This document shows positions 1 to 11,300 of a DNA stretch of 55,069 nucleotides, in pieces. A program made the position numbers and the translations under genes. Origin of the DNA: a virus (lineage: Duplodnaviria > Caudoviricetes); the IMG/VR virus record IMGVR_UViG_3300046167_000515, positions 1 to 55,069 of that record, one strand, 5' to 3'. Position 1 is the first letter of the stretch; each line of letters opens with the position of its first letter. The notes beneath the pieces were generated by a model. That model did not search any database. It had not been told where the DNA came from and was given only the letters and a program-made list of their open reading frames with translations.

Positions 1-3000
1 GTTTATAACGTTAGACAAATTAGACATAGCCTCTACTTCCTCTACGGTTGATGATCGCCCAAACTCAGAAACCCCAACCCAGTGCTCTAAAGAGCCTAAT
101 CCGTATGGCGTGTCCTTTACCTTCTCTTCTAATGCTTCAATAGCTTCTTGATACTCTAGCCTTCTTTGCTCCTTCATTTGAGCTGAAGCAGCATTATCCC
201 TTCTGTTTCTTTCTATGGCTCTTCCCTGCCAGGTTTTATACAAGGGTTCTAGCTCAAGAACCTCTCTGGTCTGTCTGTCCTTTTTTAAAGGAATTTTGCC
301 AAGCCTTACATTTTCTCCGTTTTCGTTCGTATAGTTCCAGCCACTTATAGCGTCTGTTTTTCCATTTCCTGTCTGTAAAACCCACCAGTTCCAAAAGTGC
401 CAGCCGTCTTGAAACTTCTTGCTCATGAAGTTTGCGCTCTCTTTCGTTTGCTGTATGTTGACAAACCTTTCAGTGTAGTTCATAGTGAACGGCTTGTCTG
501 GCATACCCATAAACCTAGAGTCTTTTTTAGCGTCTTCCGCTTGCTTTTTATCTTCTTCAGCTTCTTTTTGAACGAACGTATCGTAAATGTCAGTCCCGAA
601 AACGCTTTTAGTAGGAACCTCAATCTCCTTGAACCCAAGCTCTTCTAAAGAGGTAGATTGATTGAGATTGTAAAACTTTCCACCCTTAACTCTTAGCCCA
701 TACTGATACTGGCTTGTTTCACCTAGACCAAACTTAAGGCTCCCTTGAGTGTCTTTTGACGCCTGCTTAATCACCTCGACAACAGAAACTCCTACGATCT
801 TATCCTTAACATCCCCCATACCTTCAAGCATAGGGCTTTTTATTTTTTTAGATATAGCGTTACCAACCTCTTTAGGAACAACGGAAGACAAAGCCTTAAT
901 TATCTCAGATCTCTGGGCTATGGTTATTTGTGACGCAGCTAACTTACCATCCGACATTCCTGCCCACTCTTCCAGATACTGATCAACAGCCTCAGCTACT
1001 TCAGTTTTATTTTTAGCTTTCTTTAAAGCCTCAAAAGCTTCTGCAATTTCAATAGGGGCTTTTCTTAAGATTTCAAGATCTTCTTTTTGAGCCAAAGGCT
1101 CACCTACCACCTCTCCTTCTGGAAACCTACTGTCGAATCCTTTATTTTTAATTCTAGACAAAAACTCATCTCGTTCAACTGCGGAGTCAAAAGTAGCGGT
1201 TCTTTTCCTAACGCTGCTTCCTTTTTTAGCCCTAAAGCCATACTCAACTGTATATCCTGACTTACCTAAAGGAACGTACTTAGCCTTAGCTCCCTTGCCC
1301 ACCTTTTTAACCCTAAGGACCGACTCGTGAGCTTCAATTAGAGCTTTTTTTATTTTTTGTGCGTCTTTAGGGGATTTGGCAAGCCGAAGCTGAATGGCTT
1401 TAGTGGTCTCTAAAAAGAAAGTAACATTACTTCTGTTGGCGTCTTCACCCATCATTCTATAAAAAACAACCAGCTTGTTGTTTCCAGTTTCTGACAGAAG
1501 GGTGTTTACATTTCCTGAAATCCTAGATAGCGTTCCTGGATTACTCACAGCTATAACAGCTTTTCCAAACCCTTTATCCTCTAGCCTCATCTTTTCTGAG
1601 TCCATGCCAGACCTTATGAGGTAGTCTCCTACTTGGTTGTTTCCAACCTGGTCAAATGCAACGCTAATCGAGGCTAGTTCTTTTACGTTAAGCTGTCCGT
1701 TTTCGTCTATAAGACCACTGTCTTTTAGTATGTTTAGAATTTCAGGGTTATCAATCCTTACACTTTTGTCTAGCGAGCTAAGGTTTCCGTCTAGATTATT
1801 TGCTATCCTTGATATATCGGCTGGGCTTGCTGATTCTCTTGAGATTCCTTCCGCCTCAAAAGCTTGATCAACTACAGCTGAATCAAACCTTCTGTCTAGC
1901 TCGTTTAAGCCAGATTCTGTAAAGTTCTGATAGGTCTGAGCGTACTCAGAAATAACAGCCTGAGTAGTTCTTCCAGACTGCTCCATTTGAGCTGTAGTTC
2001 TTTGTGTACCGTACTTAGAGGCTACAGTTGAGGCAAGATCTTTTAAGGCTTGGTTTTTGTACTCACCTCCTTTTACTTCACGTAAAACACCAACTACAAT
2101 CTCCTCGTTTAAATCTTGGCTGTCTGAATACTCTCTTCTTCTGGCTTCAGCAATTCTTCTAACGTCCTCGTTGTCAGACTTTAACAGCTCTTCAGCCATC
2201 TCCTCAAAATTCATTCCCTTGCCGTTGACCTCATCGTGTATCATCTCCTCGATAACATCAAATGAAGAAGCCTCAGGAGACAGGTGTACCGTTCCCGTCT
2301 TTGGGTCGTATTGAGCTTTTGTTTGCAGTCTTTCAGCTGTAGGAACAGCCGCGAAGTAGTCCTCAAGGCTGTCGTATACCTCTACTTTGCCTCCAACAGT
2401 CATAGCTGCATATGCGGTAGTCGAAGAAACCTTATCTAAGTATCCTTGGATCTCCTCGACTGGTTTGCCGAACTTCTCAGCTAACTCGGAAGCTTCGTAC
2501 TGCGTATCCTGCTCTAGGTCCATTAGCGGCTTTTGCAGACTTTCTTTTACTGGTGCAACTTTATTTCCTTTGTTGAATTTATCCAAGTGCTCTCTAGCAG
2601 CCTCAAACGCAAGATCTAGCTGCTCTCTAGCTTTCTGTGCTTGCTGAGACAGTGCGACTCTCCCAAACTCTGCACTAACAAACTCTTCGTTTTTTGCGGC
2701 TTGCTCCAGGCCCTCAGCTGTACTTGCAAGCTCGACTAATGTGGCTGCTAGCTCTGGCCTACCTGAATTGGAAACCTCTCTTGCTATATCCCCCAACGCT
2801 TCATTAGAGACCTCCATCTCATTTATAGCTTCGTTGAGGTTGTTTTCTAGCACACGAATATCCCCTGGCTTTGAAGACTCAGATTTATTAGCGGTCTCTA
2901 GGGCTCTAGCTGCTTTCTCAACTTTTTCCTGATCGGCAAACTTAACGTTAGAAGCGGTAGCTATCGTGTTATTTTGATGAACAATTTCAAGGGTTTTAAA

Positions 3001-5067
3001 CCCAGTCTCCATTCTTTGCCATAAGGGTTGGTTTGCGTCCCCTAACTTATATGTAGTAGAGGCTCTTTGAGCTGCAAACATTGTAGAACCTATTGCTCCC
3101 CCTGAAATAGCCCCTGTCCCAGAGGCTTGTATTACTCTTGCGGCAGCCTCTGATGGGCTTATGTATTCTCCCTTTATAGAAGCGTCAGCCATAATGGTTA
3201 AGTATTCTGTGGTTGCCTCTTGACCCGCCTCAATACCAAATCCTTTGCCGCCCGCCTTTAAAGCTCCTTGAAAGAACCTGTCTAGAGCTATCTTAGACCC
3301 ACCCTTAGATATGCTCTTGGTGATAGTTAAAAGAGCGTGAGCACCAAAAGCCTCTGGAGCACCTTCAGCTAAACCAACAGCAAAAGAGTACCCTAACCTT
3401 TGTCCCGTTCCTTTTTTCACATCTACTCTCTGACCGTCTACAATCATGTAGCTGCCCTCTTCGTCTGACATTACGTTAGGCCCTTCAAGGGATGTGTACG
3501 CGCTCTGTATCTTAAGAGACATGTTTGCTCCGTCTACGGTCCTAGTGTCTAGCTTTTTACCGTTAACAGAAAACTCGTCAAAGTTTGAGTCTAGTTTAGA
3601 TTCCTGATACGCTTGAGCCCCAGCAAGGTAGGTCATCGCAGCAACGCTAGCGGTGGGGCTTTTTGTTACTGCTCCAACCCCAAGGGCCGCTAAAGTAAAC
3701 GGAAGGCTCTCTATGGCGCTTCCGACCATTGAGTCAATGTAGTCGAACAGCCTATCGCCTTCCAGGTTCCCAAACTTATAATCTTCGATTAGGTTAGAGG
3801 AGTATTGAGTCTTTTCAGATCTTAAAGATTCTTTTCTTAATCTCTGTTCAGCCATGAAATCTCTCAATGACTTTTCAGCGCCTGGTACTTGAGCTAATTC
3901 AGCTAACCCGCCCGCTCCAGCAGCAACAAGAGTAAGGGCAGATTCTAACATCAAAGCTAAGTCAATGGACCTGTCCTTGGTCGTGCTTGAAGGCTCTCCA
4001 AAAACACCATCATCATCTATATCAACTGGAATACCTCCTTTAAATAGGTCTTCCTCAATAGCCCTGACCCTTTTCACCCACTCACCCATTACTATCCTGT
4101 CTGAGCCCTCTGGTGCTTTTTGAACTTTTCTGTAAGCAGACTCAAGAGCCATCCTTCTTTCCCTTGCTATAGCGGTCTGCTGGTCATCAGCCATTTTAGC
4201 CATCATAGACGAAAGGGCTTCTTCATCCCCAAGACGTTTTAGCCTAGCCGACTGACCCTCCATCCTCATGTAAGAAGGAGCACCAGGCATTGGTGTGTCG
4301 TCTTGGTAGTTGTTCTCCTCTATCCTAGCTTTAATCTCTTCTAGTTTAGAAGCATCTTTACTTCTTAAATCAATGTACCCTTGATCCTCATTGACAGCTT
4401 TAGATAGTTTTTCATCAGTTAAAGCATCAAACAAAAACCTAGTGTCTTTTGGGTTTTTTTGATGAGCCCTGAATAGCGTTTCATATATATCCCTCTCTTG
4501 TGGACTAGCCTCGGATTCTAGCATCAATGCCTTTGCAGCCGCTCTTGCGTTACCCATGTATTCGAGGGATGTTGCGGCTGGACCCTCCATCATGGATTTG
4601 TATCGCTCGTAAGAATCTTTCCCTCTACCAAAAGCAACAACTCTTTTCTTGTCTGTTTTTACAGGAGCCCCAAAAAAAGATCTTTCCTCCTCGCTAAGAG
4701 GTAGCTCATTAACCGAAACCTCAGAAGGGATATTTGCTTTAATCTCTTCAACAGATGGTTTTACAAACATCTCCCCTTCTGGAGCAACTTCAACCTTTCC
4801 GTCCTGAAGGATTTTCTTTTGCAGGATTGTTTTGCCCTGATACCAGTCAAGTACGTCAGCGTTTGGGCTAGGAGATACAGACTCCGATAAAGAGTCTACC
4901 GATGCTAACCCCGTATCTACTAGGCTTGGATCGGGTTTTTTTTTTTGATTCCTGGCCTTTGAGACTTGATCGCTATTAAAGCCAAGGCTGTATAGGTTGA
5001 TGTCGTCCGCTCCCTGATCAATTAATTCATTAAGATCTGGAGGCGATGGAGTTGGTCCTGAATTCAT
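1..5067 (-). CDS. Giant virion (DNA ejection / large polyvalent) protein, N-terminal part; runs off the window start
   Basis: ATG at 5067 (MNSGPTPSPPDLNELIDQGADDINLYSLGFNSDQVSKARNQKKKPDP...). No minus-strand ORF is listed here, consistent with a frame that has no stop before position 1; the parts I translated are open and end ...EAMSNLSNVIN. It follows the internal virion genes. Confidence 0.8.
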   Translation of the reverse strand, partial: MNSGPTPSPPDLNELIDQGADDINLYSLGFNSDQVSKARNQKKKPDPSLVDTGLASVDSLSESVSPSPNADVLDWYQGKTILQKKILQDGKVEVAPEGEMFVKPSVEEIKANIPSEVSVNELPLSEEERSFFGAPVKTDKKRVVAFGRGKDSYERYKSMMEGPAATSLEYMGNARAAAKALMLESEASPQERDIYETLFRAHQKNPKDTRFLFDALTDEKLSKAVNEDQGYIDLRSKDASKLEEIKARIEENNYQDDTPMPGAPSYMRMEGQSARLKRLGDEEALSSMMAKMADDQQTAIARERRMALESAYRKVQKAPEGSDRIVMGEWVKRVRAIEEDLFKGGIPVDIDDDGVFGEPSSTTKDRSIDLALMLESALTLVAAGAGGLAELAQVPGAEKSLRDFMAEQRLRKESLRSEKTQYSSNLIEDYKFGNLEGDRLFDYIDSMVGSAIESLPFTLAALGVGAVTKSPTASVAAMTYLAGAQAYQESKLDSNFDEFSVNGKKLDTRTVDGANMSLKIQSAYTSLEGPNVMSDEEGSYMIVDGQRVDVKKGTGQRLGYSFAVGLAEGAPEAFGAHALLTITKSISKGGSKIALDRFFQGALKAGGKGFGIEAGQEATTEYLTIMADASIKGEYISPSEAAARVIQASGTGAISGGAIGSTMFAAQRASTTYKLGDANQPLWQRMETGFKTLEIVHQNNTIATASNVKFADQEKVEKAARALETANKSESSKPGDIRVLENNLNEAINEMEVSNEALGDIAREVSNSGRPELAATLVELASTAEGLEQAAKNEEFVSAEFGRVALSQQAQKAREQLDLAFEAAREHLDKFNKGNKVAPVKESLQKPLMDLEQDTQYEASELAEKFGKPVEEIQGYLDKVSSTTAYAAMTVGGKVEVYDSLEDYFAAVPTAERLQTKAQYDPKTGTVHLSPEASSFDVIEEMIHDEVNGKGMNFEEMAEELLKSDNEDVRRIAEARRREYSDSQDLNEEIVVGVLREVKGGEYKNQALKDLASTVASKYGTQRTTAQMEQSGRTTQAVISEYAQTYQNFTESGLNELDRRFDSAVVDQAFEAEGISRESASPADISRIANNLDGNLSSLDKSVRIDNPEILNILKDSGLIDENGQLNVKELASISVAFDQVGNNQVGDYLIRSGMDSEKMRLEDKGFGKAVIAVSNPGTLSRISGNVNTLLSETGNNKLVVFYRMMGEDANRSNVTFFLETTKAIQLRLAKSPKDAQKIKKALIEAHESVLRVKKVGKGAKAKYVPLGKSGYTVEYGFRAKKGSSVRKRTATFDSAVERDEFLSRIKNKGFDSRFPEGEVVGEPLAQKEDLEILRKAPIEIAEAFEALKKAKNKTEVAEAVDQYLEEWAGMSDGKLAASQITIAQRSEIIKALSSVVPKEVGNAISKKIKSPMLEGMGDVKDKIVGVSVVEVIKQASKDTQGSLKFGLGETSQYQYGLRVKGGKFYNLNQSTSLEELGFKEIEVPTKSVFGTDIYDTFVQKEAEEDKKQAEDAKKDSRFMGMPDKPFTMNYTERFVNIQQTKESANFMSKKFQDGWHFWNWWVLQTGNGKTDAISGWNYTNENGENVRLGKIPLKKDRQTREVLELEPLYKTWQGRAIERNRRDNAASAQMKEQRRLEYQEAIEALEEKVKDTPYGLGSLEHWVGVSEFGRSSTVEEVEAMSNLSNVIN

Positions 5068-5084
5068 AAAGCTAATTTACAAAA

Positions 5085-6722
5085 TTATTGACTTAGCTCC
5101 GCCTGGAGCTTATCATAGTCTACGCCGCCCATGTCTTCCACCGCTTTCCTTACCTTCTTTTCAAACTCTGGGTTTGTTCCTTTAGATAAAGCGATAAGAC
5201 CGACGTAGTAATTTGCCTGATTAAGGTCTAGTGACTTATAAAAATCTAACACTACTTTAGACTCACTTTTATCAAGGAGTTTTCCTCCAATCGCCTGCAA
5301 CGCTTCTGTGTGGTTGTCGTCACCCAACTGAAGTACAGCCCCTCTGGAATCAACGCCTGGCTTTGTAACAGGGTTAATACCAGCCTCAGGAATACCTTCG
5401 GTTACAATCTTGTCAAAAGTTCCACTTACCTTTAAATAAAGGTCCCCGTTGTCAGAAAAAGAAGCGTTTTTAATAGTTACCCGACTGCCCGCGTCCGTAA
5501 TCCCAGGAAGAAGTGCTGGCGCTTCGATTTGAACACCAGAAGGCATTTGAGCAACTCCAGTCATGAATTCAATCTGGCTATCAATAGACCCCTCCCCCAT
5601 CATAAACATACTCTTCGCCTCCTCAATCATATCAGGATTTTCAGTAAACACCTCAAACTGTTGATCTTCTACAACCCCTTTTCCATCAGTCGCTTCGCTA
5701 GATCCAGTCTTCTTGGCTGGTTCGCTAGAAACCAAGTCTGTCATTCTTTTTGTCCAGTCTTCTTTAAAACCGTCAACCGCCTCCGCTATTTCGGACTGCT
5801 CTGCAAGAACCTGGCTAACAGGTATTTTCTCGTTTAAAGCGTGCTGAGATATTGCTGTCATGAATATAGGGTCAGACGTAGGGTCCTCTCCTCCAAAGTG
5901 AGTCTCAAAGAAGTTTTCCATTCTAGCCGTATTTGTAGCGTATCCTGGAACTCTCTTAGAGCCTTTATCGTTTAGCGTTTGCTCAGAAAAAAGCTCGTCA
6001 ACAGTTTGATTGTAGTTAAGCTTAGGCTGGCTGATAAAACGCTGACCTACTGTCTCTAGCTGACCTCTTGTCCACTCCTCGGCTGGCAATGACTGACCTG
6101 ACTGAGTGTCTCGAACCATTAGCGTGTAGTTCTCGTCAATAAACCCTTCAAAGCGCCCTGGAGTATTTAGCTCTGACATGTTGTTTTGAAACATCACATC
6201 ATCATAAGCCTCTACCATCCCAGGTTGTCCTGTGATTGCCCTTCCCGCTTGAGTTGTAAGGTTGAGTCCTTTTGCTATGTTTTTTCCGTGAAGACTCTCA
6301 AGCTGTGTTGTGAAGCCGTCTATTTGTTTTGACATAGACACAGCATGGTCCATTCCTTTCGCTTCGATTATGTCTCCATAGATTGAAGAAAACTTATCAA
6401 CCAGACCTAGAATGGGGTCTGAGTGAGACCTAAATAAACCCCCATCGTCAATCGGAAGGTCATTGAGCATTTTTTGCTCTGCGGTTCTTTGAGCTTCTTG
6501 TGCTTTCCTTTGGTTCTCTATAACCTTAGCATACTGCTTCATCTGCTCCTTCTGGAGATCGCCCTGAGCCTTGGCCTCTGCCACCTGAACAGCCTGTTGC
6601 TGCTTCTGCAATAGCGTGTCTTTAGCTACGCGCTCTCCTTGAAGACCGATAAAGTCGTTGACTACCTGACCAGCAATATTACCTTGAGGATAAAAACTTT
6701 GTGTTGATTTGCTTTCAGCCAT
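5085..6722 (-). CDS. Putative internal virion / ejection protein
   Basis: 545-aa ORF with a Q-rich coiled N-terminus, coupled to the upstream gene and lying between the tail genes and the giant protein. Confidence 0.55.
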   Translation of the reverse strand: MAESKSTQSFYPQGNIAGQVVNDFIGLQGERVAKDTLLQKQQQAVQVAEAKAQGDLQKEQMKQYAKVIENQRKAQEAQRTAEQKMLNDLPIDDGGLFRSHSDPILGLVDKFSSIYGDIIEAKGMDHAVSMSKQIDGFTTQLESLHGKNIAKGLNLTTQAGRAITGQPGMVEAYDDVMFQNNMSELNTPGRFEGFIDENYTLMVRDTQSGQSLPAEEWTRGQLETVGQRFISQPKLNYNQTVDELFSEQTLNDKGSKRVPGYATNTARMENFFETHFGGEDPTSDPIFMTAISQHALNEKIPVSQVLAEQSEIAEAVDGFKEDWTKRMTDLVSSEPAKKTGSSEATDGKGVVEDQQFEVFTENPDMIEEAKSMFMMGEGSIDSQIEFMTGVAQMPSGVQIEAPALLPGITDAGSRVTIKNASFSDNGDLYLKVSGTFDKIVTEGIPEAGINPVTKPGVDSRGAVLQLGDDNHTEALQAIGGKLLDKSESKVVLDFYKSLDLNQANYYVGLIALSKGTNPEFEKKVRKAVEDMGGVDYDKLQAELSQ

Positions 6723-8341
6723 TACTTTCTGTTTTTTGCTTGCTCTCTAAACTTCTTAGTAAGGGACAAGTACCACTTAGATAGTGGGTTGTTAGGGTCA
6801 TTCTTGGCGAGTCTAATTCCTTTTGCTGTGTCGTCTGAGTTAACGATCATCTCAGCACTCTCCACCTTACCTACCATCTTTCCCGTCTGAGCGTCTCTCA
6901 TGTCGATATCAACTCCGTCATGGTCGTATCCTTCTGGGGTGACTACAGCGCCTCCTTCTTGAAATTCTCTTGTAAGGGCGGCTAAAAGATTTTTTAGTGG
7001 TCCTTGATTAAGGATCTCTTCATTTATCTCTCGAACTCTTTGGCGGTTGATTTTCTGTTGTTCTGGGTCTAAGAATCTACCATCATAAGCATACCTCTCA
7101 AATGGATCGTAATTTGGAGAGGACATATTTAGAGGATTGTTCGCTGCGTCATAAAACGGAGTACGACCTCCCCTAAACTTGTCGGCGATGTTTGGAAGCC
7201 CTACTTTGTTTCCTGCTCCGTACAGAGGGAAGTCTTTTTCGGGAAGCGGTTGGTCCTCTTCTTCATATGGATCAAGAGTCTTAAGGCTTAACGGTTTGTT
7301 TCTTGCGTATTCCATTAAATCTCCTAACTCCTCTGGAGATAAATCACTTACCGACTCCGTAAAGCTTTCGTCGTCTTCTAAATTACTAGGGTCAAACTTA
7401 GGAAAAGTAGGGTCTTTAGCTTCAGCCTGTGCTTGCCGACCATTGTATCCAAGAAAATCTGCAAGCTTTTGCTTAGCTATAGGCGTTGTAGCGGATTCTG
7501 TCAACGCCTGAAGAACTGATTTGTTGTCAATTCTGCTTGGGTCAATAGAAGACATGCGTTCTGGAGACTGAAGATCGCTGCTGTAAGTAACCCTATTAGG
7601 AGCCTGTTGGTCCTGCTCCAAAATCCTAACCGAAGGGGCAAGGGCTGAAGATCCAACTGTCTGTCTGTTAAGGGCTTTCTCAACGTTTTGATCAATCTTA
7701 ATTGAATTGTCCTCAGGAAGTATGCCTTCAACCGCAGCCTCTCTTTCCTCGGCAGTCATAACTCTTGGTTCGTCGGCCAAGTTCTGGGTTCCTGTCTTAT
7801 CTCTTACGGCTTTCATTCCTCCAAGACCATCAAAAAATCCAACGCTATCCCCCAGTATAGAGCCTAGCGTACTAAGCCCCATCATGTTTAGTCTGTTCTT
7901 GGCGGCTTCTGCGCCAGCAACTCGCTCTTCTTGCATTCTATCCTGTATCAGGTTAGAACGATCAATAGCTGAGTTTCTTGCGTCTAGCATTTGATTGCCC
8001 CGCACAGCCTGGGCGTTGATGGCATTGCGCTGTCTAGTATCTGACTCTGAAATTTTAGCAGAGCCTGTAGCTAGCTTATCCAGCAGCTGGTTTACATTCT
8101 TGGGGTTGTTTGCCAGGGCTTGCTGTACACCTCTCTCTAGTCCCTCCTGAGCTACAGATGTTTGCGTGGTATTGCCAGCTCTGTTCAGGTTTTGAAGAGC
8201 AGCATCCATCTGCAAGCGATCTTGCTTAATCGGCTCTTGATTCCTAAGTCTTTCTACCTCGTTCTTGATATTCTTCTTTCCTTGAAAATATCCAAAAACC
8301 TCAGGGAGGTACTTTATCAGTTCTATTGCTTTCTCGGCCAT
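6722..8341 (-). CDS. Putative internal virion / pilot protein
   Basis: 539 aa, A/Q/N-rich helical N-terminus, Gly-rich hydrophobic patch (MMGLSTLGSILGDSVGFFDGLGG), C-terminal FQEGG...HDGVD motif; synteny. Confidence 0.55.
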   Translation of the reverse strand: MAEKAIELIKYLPEVFGYFQGKKNIKNEVERLRNQEPIKQDRLQMDAALQNLNRAGNTTQTSVAQEGLERGVQQALANNPKNVNQLLDKLATGSAKISESDTRQRNAINAQAVRGNQMLDARNSAIDRSNLIQDRMQEERVAGAEAAKNRLNMMGLSTLGSILGDSVGFFDGLGGMKAVRDKTGTQNLADEPRVMTAEEREAAVEGILPEDNSIKIDQNVEKALNRQTVGSSALAPSVRILEQDQQAPNRVTYSSDLQSPERMSSIDPSRIDNKSVLQALTESATTPIAKQKLADFLGYNGRQAQAEAKDPTFPKFDPSNLEDDESFTESVSDLSPEELGDLMEYARNKPLSLKTLDPYEEEDQPLPEKDFPLYGAGNKVGLPNIADKFRGGRTPFYDAANNPLNMSSPNYDPFERYAYDGRFLDPEQQKINRQRVREINEEILNQGPLKNLLAALTREFQEGGAVVTPEGYDHDGVDIDMRDAQTGKMVGKVESAEMIVNSDDTAKGIRLAKNDPNNPLSKWYLSLTKKFREQAKNRK

Positions 8342-8354
8342 TGTGCAAATATAG

Positions 8355-11300
8355 TTATTGTTGCCCTAAAGGGTGATGTAGTTTAGAGCTTGTGATATGC
8401 GTGTTTACGCAATATAACTCATGTGGTGTGGTTAGGCTGTTGGTTAGCTCTATTTCTGCCCAGTTGCCTCTCATTGTATCCTTAACGTCTTGCTCAAAGT
8501 AAATCTGCTTACCTGTTGCGCTGTCGTTCCCTGGCTCTATCAATAGTGTTATAGTGCCTGATGACTGGTCATAAGAGTCAACAGACCCAAATGCCGTGTA
8601 AACCCCGCCGTCTAGAAAGTAAACCCCTTGTCCTGTGATTTGACTGCCAAGCTTGTTAAACCTAGGGTAATCACTCATAGTACACACCTTCACAGTCCTG
8701 CTAGCGAGGGTTCCTAAATAGGTGTATTTTGTCGATGTGTCTCTAGGGAAAGCCGAATAAAAAGAGCCTTCTTTTTCAGTAAAGGTTACAGGAATATCTG
8801 ACGTCTGGCCCAGGTTTGTTGTAATCCCAGAGGTTATTGAATACCCACTACCACTACCCTCGTAAGAGACAGCATTGAAAACCTTAACTTCAGATGGGGA
8901 CATCTTTGAAATAACCTTAACGGAAGTAGGGTAAGCTGTTCCGTAGAAGGTGTTCATTGTAGTTGACTTGTGGTTGTTGAACAGGTAAGACTGCGTGTCA
9001 TCAGTGTTCTCATACCAAAAACCAGATAAAAGTTTGTTATCCTATAGAGCAGTAGTTTGACGGTTTGAAGTCATACCTGCTGATCCATCTTTTGTCTGAT
9101 ATAGAATAGCCTATGGTAACCCCAGCGTAAGTTGTGCTAGCCCCGCTAACCTTAGGTTCTATGGTTAACAAATATAAGTTTTCGTCTGGGTCATACCCGC
9201 TTATAATTCTACCTCCAGATCCAGTAGCGACCTCCATGTCGTTTATCTCAGCCTCAAGAAATGAACTCATCTCTATGTCTGAAATAGAAATCATGTTTGT
9301 CCCACTCGCCATCATAGACTTCTGTCTAGATTTATCTACAAAGAATACCATTCCGTCTCTAACTAGAGCGGATGATTGGTCAGGGCCTATACCAAAGTCT
9401 CCGTTCGCTTCCTTGTGCGTTCCTAATACGCTCGCGTTTGCTGTGACCGCAGAAGATCCGTCAGCGTACTCGATGATGTTTCTCTTTACAGGAATGTAAG
9501 ACAGCTTATTCTCTTGTATGGCTACAAGACCTTGATTGTACTCATTTATGTAGTTTACGCTTCCGTAATTAGCTGGAAGATCCTTAAACGAATTTGAGCC
9601 TGGGTTGAAGCTAGAAAACTTGGTGTCCCCAAGCGGGTCAACATGTTCGTCGCTATATACAATTCTGTTTTCTAGGGTTTTAGTTTTTGCCTGATCATAT
9701 TTTACGTGAGCTCTTCCTTTGCTCCAGCACCTAGAGGCCACAAAATCAGAGGCGTCCATAGACTCCATCTCCCTTGTGTCGTAATCAAAGTCCTCTATGT
9801 TGGTGTCAGAGAAAGAGGTCATAGGGTTTCCGTCACCGTCGTCGTAGACATTAGGTGTTATTACCGATCTAGTCCCGTAGTAAACGCTCCCCTCCGTAAG
9901 GCTTACGGCATCTCCATGTCTGTTCTCACCGTCTCTAGGGTTTTCTAGTAGAATAGATGCTCCTATTTCGTAAAATATTTCGGTAGGTGGGTCTTTTCTT
10001 GGGGTTAGTATCTCCACCAGGCACTCGTTATCCCAGAAGTTTGTTCCGCCTGGAACGAAGTTTGCTACCGCCTGACCTCCTGGGGGAATAACCTTCAGGA
10101 ACTTTCCAACCCTGTTCGTTTGAACAAAACTATCAGTATACTCAGGGTTTATATTAGACGTGAATACTTCGATTCCAGCTACGTCATGTATATCCGCATC
10201 GGAGGTAGAGTAAAACGTTGGGGCGTTGGTTGTCGTGTCTTTATAGCTTATAATCCTTAGCTTGTCTCCTGGGGTGTACACGTAGTCCTTTATGGCTCCT
10301 TTTTCAGATTGATATCTAGACAGGGTGTTAATGCTGACATAAATGGCGTCAGTTTGAGATTTGTACCGAGGCGTCTCGGCGACACCAGTGCTTCCAGCAA
10401 CAGCAGCACCTCTATCGGTTTTCTTATACGTTCCCCCACCAACAACAAATGACTCAAATTTTTCCCAGCTCCCCATATCAGAGTAAACTATCTGATAAGA
10501 CACAGCCCACGAAGGAGGATCGGAAGTAATAGTAACGCTAATTGTACATGGTCCGTTATCACCCGACCTGCCTGTGTCCCCAAACGGCAATACATAAGTA
10601 TCGCCTAGTTCGTTTACATTACCGCATCTACCAAATTCATCAAAGTAAACAACACCAAACTTGTGAGTGCTTCCTGCCTTAAAGGTTCTCCTCTTGAAAG
10701 ACTGAGAAACAATAAGGTTAAACGCTGAGGCTCCATTCTCAAAGGGATCGAGGTCGTAGTTCTCCCACTTGTCTGGAGTTCCAGATGTAAATATTCCGTT
10801 CTTATTTGCTGGGGCGGTGGCTGGGGCGGTGAAGTAAAGAGACTGAGCAACCGCGTCTAGGGATGTTGCGGCTGAAACCCCGTTTCCGAGGTCGAAGTCT
10901 ATATAAAAGTCACTATCGCTTAACACAAAAACACCCTCACTAAATACAGAGGTAAAAGCATTTGAACCAACTGGTAGGTCCCAGCTTCCAACTCTTGGAA
11001 CGCACTTAATTTTATCGTTGGTAAAAGAGCAATTAAAGTTTAAGTCAAACTTAACCCTCCTCATATAAAGGTCATATAGGTTGTCGGAGGCATCTCTTAA
11101 CTTCCAGACAACAGGGGCGCTACCAACCGTTTTAGGTATACTGTAAGTGTATGTAGCTATTTCATTCTCAAGAGCCTGGATCAACTTGTTGCAAGCATTG
11201 CTCCTGCTGCTCTCCTCATCTATAACTACAAACGCAGAAAAAACCCTAGAGTTTACGTTAACACTATCGTTAGCGTTCAGCGCCGACATATTTAAAGCGC

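Noticed and set aside
397-2932. Short plus-strand ORFs in the ORF track (and similar ones opposite the structural genes)
   Set aside because: They are antisense shadows of long minus-strand genes, with Ser/Leu/Phe-rich composition and no recognisable motifs.
4936-4946. A11 run on the minus strand as a programmed frameshift site
   Set aside because: It reads in frame as CAA AAA AAA AAA (QKKK) and the ORF continues, so no shift is needed.
1-5067. Virion RNA polymerase as in crAss-like or N4-like phages
   Set aside because: I saw no DxDxD-type or T7-like polymerase catalytic motif in the parts translated, and host-type promoters are present; it cannot be fully excluded without a profile search.
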